The position numbers and the translations under genes were made by a program. A DNA stretch of 59,400 nucleotides, from NCBI GenBank assembly GCA_944331805.1, contig CALVIS010000001.1:1-59400 (forward strand). Reading direction: 5' to 3'. This stretch comes from an uncultured Bacilli bacterium. Lineage in GTDB: Bacteria > Bacillota_I > Bacilli_A > RF39 > UBA660. Below are positions 1 through 7,207 of this stretch, one piece after another (positions within the stretch are counted from its first letter, which is position 1; the number at the start of each line of letters is the position of its first letter). The notes beneath the pieces were generated by a model. The model was not told the DNA's origin and made no database searches. It saw only the letters and a list, made by a program, of their open reading frames with translations.

Positions 1-225
1 TGATGAATACTTCTTCTTAAAGCTATTTGATATATCTAGAACTAAATAGTCATCCCACAACTTTTATGCAAGAACCAAAATTTCTTTAATTGTAAATATA
101 ACCTTTTTATTTTTAACTTTATCTTTATATTGTTCAAACTCTTTATCTTTTTCTGTACATATTATCATATTACCACCATAATTATATTTTAGCACAAAAG
201 AAAACAACCACGAAGTGGTTGACGA

Positions 226-984
226 ATGAAATGTAATTTCATTCCTTTTTTAGGACAAAATAGAGATTTAAGTATTAATTCTTATAATCAAGGTATGTCA
301 TATTATTTAAGAAATAAAGGTAATACTATTAATTATGATATGTTACCAACAAATCTTTCTCATGAATATTTAAGTATGTTAAGTAAAGATGTTTCTTTAA
401 GGGCTAAAGATGCTATAGTTTTTCGTTTTGTTATTGATAAAAATGGTAATATATGTTCTTCTTCAGTTAATAGAAATAAAGTTATAGTTGACTATAATTT
501 AACAAGTAATGATGCAATTAGAATATTAGATAAAGAGAAGGTTAGTAGTAAGGTTGATAAATCTATCTATTTATTAAGAGATTTATGTAAAATTATCTCA
601 GTATCTTCAACAAAACAGTATCTTTCTAATCTATCTAAAGTTACTATTGATGATATGATTGCTCTTCCTTCACTTTTAGTTAATTATTATCTTAGTGAAG
701 AGTTAGAGTTTGGTATATATAGTGAGAATGGAACATATACAAGTAAACCTGTTAGTGATATTTATATAACTGGTAGTGCCCCTTTAAGACGCTATGTTGA
801 TGATATAAATCTTGCTATACTTCTAGAACAAAAAGGATTACAGAGCTTTGCAAAAGACGATTTTAGATATTTAGAGAATAACATTGATGAGGTAATAGAA
901 CATTTAAACTGTCAAAACTTTCTTGATAAATATATTGAAAAGAATAATGCTTTAGTAAAAAAATACTATTTAAAACGGGGCTAG
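226..984 (+). CDS. hypothetical protein with a degenerate RNase II/R (RNB)-like motif
   Basis: 252-aa ORF. ITGSAPLRRYVDDINLAILL resembles the RNB signature TSPIRRYxDLxxHR. AKDAIVFRFVIDKNGN sits where RNB has its DxDDA acidic cluster, but the acidic residues are missing. By-eye motif match only. Confidence 0.3.
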   Translation: MKCNFIPFLGQNRDLSINSYNQGMSYYLRNKGNTINYDMLPTNLSHEYLSMLSKDVSLRAKDAIVFRFVIDKNGNICSSSVNRNKVIVDYNLTSNDAIRILDKEKVSSKVDKSIYLLRDLCKIISVSSTKQYLSNLSKVTIDDMIALPSLLVNYYLSEELEFGIYSENGTYTSKPVSDIYITGSAPLRRYVDDINLAILLEQKGLQSFAKDDFRYLENNIDEVIEHLNCQNFLDKYIEKNNALVKKYYLKRG

Positions 985-1000
985 TTTAATTAGCCTCGTT

Positions 1001-1618
1001 TTAAAATTTTCTATATAGTCCTACAACTTTACCAAGTATTGTAACTTCATCTAAGATTATTGGATCCATTGTATCATTTTCTGGTTGTAATCTAAAGTGA
1101 CCATTTTCTTTATAAAATGTTTTAACAGTCGCTTCATTGTTATTATTCATGGCAACTACAGTATCACCATTTCTAGCAGTACTTTGTCTTTCTACTATTA
1201 AGATATCTCCATCATATATACCTACATTAATCATAGATTCACCACTAACTTTTAAAGTAAATATTTCTTTTTTATTACCAAAAAGTTCTGTAGGTAACGC
1301 AAAGGTCTCATCAGGACGTTCTATCGCTTCAATAGGTGTTCCTGCTGTTACTTTACCAAGTAGTGGTACTTTTACAACATCATCCTCGTTATCTAAATAC
1401 TCATTATCAACTAATACTTCAATAGTTCTATTAGTCCCTGCACCTTTCTTAATATATCCCTTTTTAACTAGTTGTTTAATATGAAAATGAATAGTTGCAG
1501 GACTAGATAATTTCGCTTCATCTCCTATTTCTCTTACAGTAGGCGGATAACCATTTTTTGCAATTAGTTTTTTAATTATTTGTAATATATCATATTGTCT
1601 ATCAGTTAGTTTTTCCAC
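1001..1618 (-). CDS. lexA: LexA SOS repressor
   Basis: Winged-HTH N-domain (LSSPATIHFHIKQLVKKGYI), Ala-Gly self-cleavage site (VTAGTP) and S24 peptidase core (GESMINVGIYDGDILIV ... VKTF). Start is probably the GTG at 1618: RBS AAGGAAGGAAG lies about 8 nt upstream, giving MEKLTDRQ. The ORF-track start at 1627 is less likely. Confidence 0.93.
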   Translation of the reverse strand: MEKLTDRQYDILQIIKKLIAKNGYPPTVREIGDEAKLSSPATIHFHIKQLVKKGYIKKGAGTNRTIEVLVDNEYLDNEDDVVKVPLLGKVTAGTPIEAIERPDETFALPTELFGNKKEIFTLKVSGESMINVGIYDGDILIVERQSTARNGDTVVAMNNNNEATVKTFYKENGHFRLQPENDTMDPIILDEVTILGKVVGLYRKF

Positions 1619-1648
1619 TTTACACACTTCCTTCCTTTATTTGTTTAT

Positions 1649-1677
1649 AGTTTAGCATAACAGGTGTAAAATGTCAA
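1649..1677 (-). promoter_or_regulatory. putative sigma-A promoter of lexA
   Basis: Minus strand reads TTGACA, a 17-nt spacer, then TAAACT, placed about 30 nt upstream of the lexA start. Confidence 0.45.
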
Positions 1678-1688
1678 ACAAATCTTCG
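1675..1688. promoter_or_regulatory. weak SOS-box-like site overlapping the lexA -35
   Basis: Minus strand reads CGAAGATTTGTTTG against the Gram-positive consensus CGAAC-N4-GTTCG, with 2 mismatches. Confidence 0.25.
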
Positions 1689-1696
1689 AAAATATA

Positions 1697-1725
1697 TTGA
1701 CATAAACATCTGTTCGATATAAAAT
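1697..1725 (+). promoter_or_regulatory. putative sigma-A promoter of the small divergent ORF
   Basis: TTGACA at 1697-1702, a 17-nt spacer, then TAAAAT at 1720-1725. The SOS-like box lies inside the spacer. Confidence 0.45.
1704..1716. promoter_or_regulatory. SOS (Cheo) box-like LexA operator
   Basis: AAACATCTGTTCG matches GAAC-N4-GTTC(G) with one mismatch. It sits between the -35 and -10 of the plus-strand promoter. Confidence 0.5.
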
Positions 1726-1751
1726 GATATCAGAAAGAAGGAGTGATAGAT

Positions 1752-1910
1752 ATGTTAAATTTAAAAAATATTTTAAAAACTGCTTTAGGAGTTAGTCTAA
1801 TCTATATAATGGCTGTTGTTCTTACTTTGTTTATGTGTGATAGAGTTAATGAGTTAGAGAGTAGTGAGGAGGAAATAATCAATACAACAGTTGCTTTATC
1901 TTTAAAATAG
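1752..1910 (+). CDS. unannotated 52-aa single-pass membrane protein (candidate SOS-induced division inhibitor)
   Basis: Below the ORF-track size cut-off. RBS is AGAAGGAG 8 nt before the ATG. Translation: MLNLKNILKTALGVSLIYIMAVVLTLFMCDRVNELESSEEEIINTTVALSLK. One hydrophobic helix and an acidic tail. Divergent from lexA. Confidence 0.5.
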   Translation: MLNLKNILKTALGVSLIYIMAVVLTLFMCDRVNELESSEEEIINTTVALSLK

Positions 1911-1931
1911 TTTTTAAAAATTCTAGCAGTG

Positions 1932-1940
1932 TGGTACAAT
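1932..1940 (+). promoter_or_regulatory. extended -10 (TGgTACAAT) upstream of polA
   Basis: TGGTACAAT lies about 24 nt upstream of the polA ATG. Confidence 0.35.
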
Positions 1941-1963
1941 AAATAAAGAAAGAGTGGTTAGAT

Positions 1964-4591
1964 ATGAAGAAAATAATATTAGTTGATGGAAATAATCTTT
2001 TATTTAGGAGTTACTATGCTACTAGTTATAGTGGAGTTATTATGAGAAATTCTAAAGGTTTTCCTACTAATGGGTTGTATGGCTTTATTAATATGATGAA
2101 TAAAATTATTGAAGAAGAGAAGCCTAGTTATATTTTAGTGGCTTTTGATAAAGGGAAGACCTTTAGACATGATAAGTATGATGAATATAAAGCAGGACGT
2201 AAAGAGATGCCGGATGATTTAAGATTACAGTTTCCTAAAGCTAAAGAAATCCTTGATGCAATGGGAATTAAACATTTTGAAATAGATAATTATGAAGCTG
2301 ATGATATAATAGGTACTCTTGCAAAAGAAGTAGATGAAGAAGATGAATTTATCGCGACAATTATTTCAAGTGATAAAGACCTACTTCAATTAATTAGTGA
2401 TGAAGTAGATGTTAAACTATTAAAGACTAAAGGTTCTATTAGGTTTAACAGAGAAGTATTTAAAGAGTTTTATAAAGTAGAGCCTATCAATATGATTGAC
2501 CTCAAAGCATTAATGGGCGATATGTCTGATCATATACCAGGGGTTAAAGGTATTGGAGAGAAAACTGCTATTAATCTATTAGAGAAATATAAGACGTTAG
2601 ATAATTTGTATGCCCATGTTGATGAATTAACTCCTAAGACTAAAGAGAAGTTAATTAATGATAAAGAAAGTGCTTATATGAGTTATGACCTTGCAACTAT
2701 TTATAGAAATGTAGATATTCCATTTAGTCTAGAAGATTGTAAATATAATGGGTTAAATAGAGCTAAATATATAGATATTCTAGAAGAGTTAGAGTTTAAA
2801 TCTCTTTTAAAGAAAGTTAATAATATAGATATTAGTAAAGAAGAAGATAATGATGTTGATAGTGATAAAAATATAGAAATAAAAGAAGTAGATGTTAAAG
2901 ACTTTGATAGTAGTAGTGAATATTCCTTTTATATTGAGATGAATGCTTATAATTATAATGAATCTTTTATTATTGGCGTTAGTTTTACAAACGAGAGTGG
3001 GACTTGTTTTATAAAAGGAGAAGATATAATTAATCATAGAGAATTATTTGAAAATGATAGTCCTAAGGCTACTTATGATGTTAAGAAGTGTTATATTTTA
3101 CTAAATAAACTTGGTATTAAATTAAATAATTGTAACTATGATGCGATGATTGCATCTTACCTTTTAGATTATAAAATGAATGATGATATTACTACTTTGA
3201 TGAATGATTTAAAGGTAGAGATTAAGTCTTTTGAAGATACTTATGGAACTTTAAAAAGAAGAAAGAAAGTAGAGTTAGATGAGACTATTAGACAATGTAA
3301 TTTAAAGAGTAGTTTTATCTATAATACTAAGAGTGACTTTTTACTTAAAATAGATGAGTATGGTGAGACTAAATTATTTAGTGAAGTTGAGATGCCTTTA
3401 GCTTATGTTCTTACTGATATGGAGTTAACGGGTATTAGAGTAGATAAAGATTACTTATTAAAGTTAAAAGATGAGTTAGAAGTTAAAATAAAACAATGGG
3501 AAGAAGATATATATAAAGATGCAGGATGTACCTTTAATATTAGTTCTCCTAAACAATTAGGGGAAGTATTGTTTGTAAAGCTAGAACTTCCTTATCCTAA
3601 AAGGAGAAAAAAAGATGATACAAGTTACTCTACTAGTAGAGATATCTTAGATAAAGTAAGTCCATATCATCCTGTTGTTAATAAAGTCTTAGAATATAGA
3701 ATGCTTACTAAGTTATATGCTAACTATGTAGTTGGTCTTTTAGATAAGATAAAAGAAGATGGTAAGGTTCATACTATCTTTAACCAATGTTTAACTAGAA
3801 CAGGAAGGCTTTCATCAACTGAACCTAACTTACAAAATATCCCTATTAGAAGTGATTATACTAGATTAATTAGAAAAGCTTTTATACCTGAAGATAACTC
3901 TATTATTATGAGTTCTGATTATTCACAAATAGAGTTAAGAGTCTTTGCTTCACTATCAAAAGCGACTAATTTAATAGAGGCTTTTAAAGAAGATAAAGAT
4001 ATTCATGCTAAGACGGCTAGTGATATCTTTAAAGTAGATATTAAAGATGTAGATAAGTCTATGAGAAGAACTGCTAAAGCCGTTAATTTTGGTATTCTTT
4101 ATGGTATTAGTAGTTTTGGGCTATCTGAAGACTTAAAGATAGATGTAGGTAGTGCTAAGAAGTTTATGGATAACTACTTAGAGACTTATCCTGGTATTAG
4201 TGAATATATGGATAAAGAAAAGAAAGAAGCTTATAAGAATGGTTATGTTACTACTATTATGAACCGAAGAAGAGTTATTGATGAGCTAAAGAGTAGTAAC
4301 TATATGGTTAGAAGTGGCGGAGAGAGAATGGCTCTTAATACTCCTATTCAAGGTAGCGCTGCTGATATATTAAAAAAAGCGATGGTAGATTTACATAGAG
4401 AAATGACTAAAAGAGGATTAAAGAGTAAAATACTTATTCAAGTACACGATGAACTTGTTTTAAATGTTTATAAAGATGAATTAGAGGAAGTTAAAGAGTT
4501 AGTTAGAGATAAGATGGAAAATGTTATTAAGTTAGATGTTCCTTTAAAAGTAGATATTGAAACAGGTAATGATTGGTATGAAGCTAAGTAG
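1964..4591 (+). CDS. polA: DNA polymerase I
   Basis: 875 aa. 5'-nuclease N-domain, then family-A polymerase motifs DYSQIELR (A), RRTAKAVNFGILYG (B) and QVHDEL (C). Confidence 0.96.
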   Translation: MKKIILVDGNNLLFRSYYATSYSGVIMRNSKGFPTNGLYGFINMMNKIIEEEKPSYILVAFDKGKTFRHDKYDEYKAGRKEMPDDLRLQFPKAKEILDAMGIKHFEIDNYEADDIIGTLAKEVDEEDEFIATIISSDKDLLQLISDEVDVKLLKTKGSIRFNREVFKEFYKVEPINMIDLKALMGDMSDHIPGVKGIGEKTAINLLEKYKTLDNLYAHVDELTPKTKEKLINDKESAYMSYDLATIYRNVDIPFSLEDCKYNGLNRAKYIDILEELEFKSLLKKVNNIDISKEEDNDVDSDKNIEIKEVDVKDFDSSSEYSFYIEMNAYNYNESFIIGVSFTNESGTCFIKGEDIINHRELFENDSPKATYDVKKCYILLNKLGIKLNNCNYDAMIASYLLDYKMNDDITTLMNDLKVEIKSFEDTYGTLKRRKKVELDETIRQCNLKSSFIYNTKSDFLLKIDEYGETKLFSEVEMPLAYVLTDMELTGIRVDKDYLLKLKDELEVKIKQWEEDIYKDAGCTFNISSPKQLGEVLFVKLELPYPKRRKKDDTSYSTSRDILDKVSPYHPVVNKVLEYRMLTKLYANYVVGLLDKIKEDGKVHTIFNQCLTRTGRLSSTEPNLQNIPIRSDYTRLIRKAFIPEDNSIIMSSDYSQIELRVFASLSKATNLIEAFKEDKDIHAKTASDIFKVDIKDVDKSMRRTAKAVNFGILYGISSFGLSEDLKIDVGSAKKFMDNYLETYPGISEYMDKEKKEAYKNGYVTTIMNRRRVIDELKSSNYMVRSGGERMALNTPIQGSAADILKKAMVDLHREMTKRGLKSKILIQVHDELVLNVYKDELEEVKELVRDKMENVIKLDVPLKVDIETGNDWYEAK

Positions 4592-4597
4592 GTAATT

Positions 4598-5434
4598 ATG
4601 AGAATAGTATATTGTGGTTATGATTTCTTCTATGGTTGTTTAGAAGAATTAGTTAAAGATAAGAATAATACTATTGTAAGGATATTTACTTTTGAAACTG
4701 ATAATAAATATAATTTTAATGATAAAATAAAATCCATTGCAAGTGAAAACAAAATACCTATTACTTATGATAAACCTACTGAAGAAGAATTATTTAGATT
4801 ATTTGATAAAGAAAAAGTTGATGTAATTATCACGGCAGGTTATATCTATAAAATACCTATTATAAATCATCCTAATTTTAAAGGAATAAATATTCATCCA
4901 ACACTTTTACCTAAAGGAAGAGGGCCTTGGCCTTTGCCTTGGATAATTTTAAAGAACGAAGAATATAGTGGGGTTACTATTCATAGATTAACTGATGATA
5001 TGGATAAAGGGCCAATTCTTTTACAAGAAAAGTTTAAGGTATTAGATAATGAAGATTTAGAGACCTTATCTTGTAGAAGCCAAGTGCTTGCTAAAAAACT
5101 TATAACTGAAGTAATAAGTAATTTTGATTATTATTATGATAATGCTAAAGAACAAGGAGAGGGAGAGTATTATCCTTATCCAACAGATGAAGATATGACA
5201 TTTAATGGTTTTATGAAAGTAGATGATATTGATAGAATAATAAGAGCTTTTGGTAAGTTTGATTCTTGTACTAGCTTTCTAGGTAAAAACTTTTTAGTAC
5301 ATGATGCAACTTGTTGGAAAGAAGAACATAAATATAAGCCAAATACGATTATACATATTACTAATAAAGAAGTGCTAATGGCGGTGCTTGATGGTTTTGT
5401 TTGTATTAGATATTATGAAGAAGATAAAGATTAA
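4598..5434 (+). CDS. formyltransferase-family protein (Fmt-like)
   Basis: GINIHPTLLPKGRGPWPLPWIILKNEEYSGVTIHRLTDDMDKGPIL matches the formyl-transferase N-domain (N/H/D catalytic positions, SLLPxxRG-type loop). There is no def neighbour, so probably not the primary fmt. Confidence 0.65.
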   Translation: MRIVYCGYDFFYGCLEELVKDKNNTIVRIFTFETDNKYNFNDKIKSIASENKIPITYDKPTEEELFRLFDKEKVDVIITAGYIYKIPIINHPNFKGINIHPTLLPKGRGPWPLPWIILKNEEYSGVTIHRLTDDMDKGPILLQEKFKVLDNEDLETLSCRSQVLAKKLITEVISNFDYYYDNAKEQGEGEYYPYPTDEDMTFNGFMKVDDIDRIIRAFGKFDSCTSFLGKNFLVHDATCWKEEHKYKPNTIIHITNKEVLMAVLDGFVCIRYYEEDKD

Positions 5435-5455
5435 GTAGTAAAGGAAGTGTTATGT

Positions 5456-6274
5456 ATGCCTGAAAAACCAGAAGTAATTACAGTAAGTAAAACATTAGAA
5501 CATATTATTATAGGTAAAACTATTAAGAAAGTGGATGTCTATTGGGATAATATAATTATTGGCGATATAGATAAGTTTAAGAAGGATTTAGTAGGTGAGA
5601 AAATTGAATCTATTACGACAAGAGGGAAATGGATAGTTATCTTTCTTACTACTAAAGCCTTAATATGTCATTTAAGGATGGAAGGAAAGTTCTTCTTTAG
5701 AGACCCTAGTGTTCCTAAAGCTAAACATGAACATGTTATTATTACTTTTACTGATAATACTGATATGAGGTTTAATGATGTTAGAAAGTTTGGTAAAATG
5801 GCATGTTTACCTAAAGATGAAGTTTATAATTTAAAGCCTCTTTCTGATTTAGGATTAGAGTATTATGATAATAGTTTAACACCTAGTTATTTATTAGAAG
5901 CTTTAAGAAAGAAAAAAGTGCCCGTTAAGACAGCTTTACTTGACCAATCAATTATTACTGGTATTGGTAATATCTATGATGATGAGATTTTATTTGCATC
6001 TCATATAAATCCTTTGAGGAAAGCAGATAGTGTTAGTTTAGATGAAGCGGATGCTATTATTAAAAATACGAAGAAGATATTGGATAAAGCTGTTACTATG
6101 GGAGGTACTACTATTAAGAGTTTTACATCAGCAGAAGGAGTACATGGCTTGTTTCAAAATGAACTTGCTGTTCATGGTAAAAAAGATGGAGTTTGTCCAA
6201 CCTGTGGTGAAAAACTTATTGTTACTAAAGTAGGAGGAAGAGGAACTTACTTTTGCCCTAACTGTCAAAAATAA
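5456..6274 (+). CDS. mutM: formamidopyrimidine-DNA glycosylase
   Basis: Starting at the ATG at 5456 gives MPEKPEV, with the required N-terminal Pro after Met. H2TH region present. C-terminal zinc finger CPTCGEKL...YFCPNCQK. The track start at 5447 is an upstream GTG. Confidence 0.9.
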   Translation: MPEKPEVITVSKTLEHIIIGKTIKKVDVYWDNIIIGDIDKFKKDLVGEKIESITTRGKWIVIFLTTKALICHLRMEGKFFFRDPSVPKAKHEHVIITFTDNTDMRFNDVRKFGKMACLPKDEVYNLKPLSDLGLEYYDNSLTPSYLLEALRKKKVPVKTALLDQSIITGIGNIYDDEILFASHINPLRKADSVSLDEADAIIKNTKKILDKAVTMGGTTIKSFTSAEGVHGLFQNELAVHGKKDGVCPTCGEKLIVTKVGGRGTYFCPNCQK

Positions 6275-6303
6275 AAGACTTATATTTATTTATAAGTCTT
6301 TTT
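6274..6303. terminator. bidirectional rho-independent terminator (mutM / 305-aa gene)
   Basis: 11-bp perfect stem AAAGACTTATA / TATAAGTCTTT with a 6-nt loop. T-runs follow on both strands. Confidence 0.7.
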
Positions 6304-7203
6304 AAATATTCTTTCTATTTCTTGTTCATTCTTTATATGGTCAAAATTAATTTTATCATCCGTAAATTGATTAACATAATCAAACATTGAATTAGCATCA
6401 TCAATAATATCATATCCATGTACTCCCATTTCTTCTGGACGACAAATTACAATATCTTTTTCAGATAGATTAATTACCTTCCTAATAGTATAATCATCAC
6501 AAGTAGTCCCATAACCATAAGCCCAATTACTAGTTATATCTGGAGTTTCTTCCATAAGTCTAAACACTAATCTTCTAAAAAAAGAAGGGTGACAAAGCGG
6601 AAAAAATAATTTTTGAATATTAAGCCTTTCACCACTTCTTTTTAAATTTAATTTAACATAGTGTATTTGACCTGAACTCTCAGACATAGTAAATATATTT
6701 AATCCTACGCTGAAATTCATATTTTCAAGAATTTCTACAATACTTAAAGTTATCGCCCCACGATTGAAAATCTGCTCTGTTGAGACTTCAGATAAATTTG
6801 CAGCGTTATAATATATATCAATATGTTCTCTTTTAGGATTTTCTCTATTAAACATTGAAAGAGGATTACCTTCTAGATAAGCTTTTACATTTGGAGCATA
6901 ACCAACATAATAATTATATTGTTTATTTTTTTTAGGGGACATTTTTAAATGTTTTTCTAACATAATTTTCAAGCTTAAGAGTTTATCAAAGTTTTCGTGG
7001 TATCCATATCTGCATAGATTTTCAGCTTCTTCAAAGGAATTTGTTTCAAAAAAATCATAGCCATTTTTTTCACTTTCTAAGGTGCTATTACCATATACTT
7101 CGTCATTGATTGGGGTATTATCTATATATTCAAGAAATTCTGTTATGGAATCAAAATTATATTCCATAATATTATAATCGTCTTTTTTATAATACTTATA
7201 CAT
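6286..7203 (-). CDS. uncharacterised 305-aa partner of the AAA+ ATPase (possible degenerate vWA-like fold)
   Basis: Starts 4 nt after the ATPase stop, and its RBS TAGGAGA lies in the last ATPase codons. HIDIYYNAANLSEVSTEQIFNRGAITLSIVEILENMNFSVGLNIF has a beta-alpha-beta pattern where a MIDAS motif would sit, but there is no intact DxSxS. Confidence 0.5.
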   Translation of the reverse strand: MYKYYKKDDYNIMEYNFDSITEFLEYIDNTPINDEVYGNSTLESEKNGYDFFETNSFEEAENLCRYGYHENFDKLLSLKIMLEKHLKMSPKKNKQYNYYVGYAPNVKAYLEGNPLSMFNRENPKREHIDIYYNAANLSEVSTEQIFNRGAITLSIVEILENMNFSVGLNIFTMSESSGQIHYVKLNLKRSGERLNIQKLFFPLCHPSFFRRLVFRLMEETPDITSNWAYGYGTTCDDYTIRKVINLSEKDIVICRPEEMGVHGYDIIDDANSMFDYVNQFTDDKINFDHIKNEQEIERIFKKTYK

Positions 7204-7207
7204 CTAT

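Noticed and set aside
1137-1484. Antisense or embedded ORFs in the track: 1137-1484, 2807-3037, 6042-6233, 7995-8192, 9432-9641, 12711-13067, 17602-17877, 18018-18236, 21464-21652, 22421-22675, 23483-23848, 24763-25017, 26034-26306, 27018-27215, 30422-30679, 32326-32517, 34500-34694, 42202-42384, 42824-43261, 46174-46395, 47863-48215, 48684-48944, 56872-57063 and 57830-58018.
   Set aside because: Each lies inside, or antisense to, a longer ORF with clear family motifs, or inside a leader or terminator. Their translations are Leu/Ile/Ser/Phe-rich low-complexity strings typical of shadow frames in AT-rich DNA, and none has an RBS.
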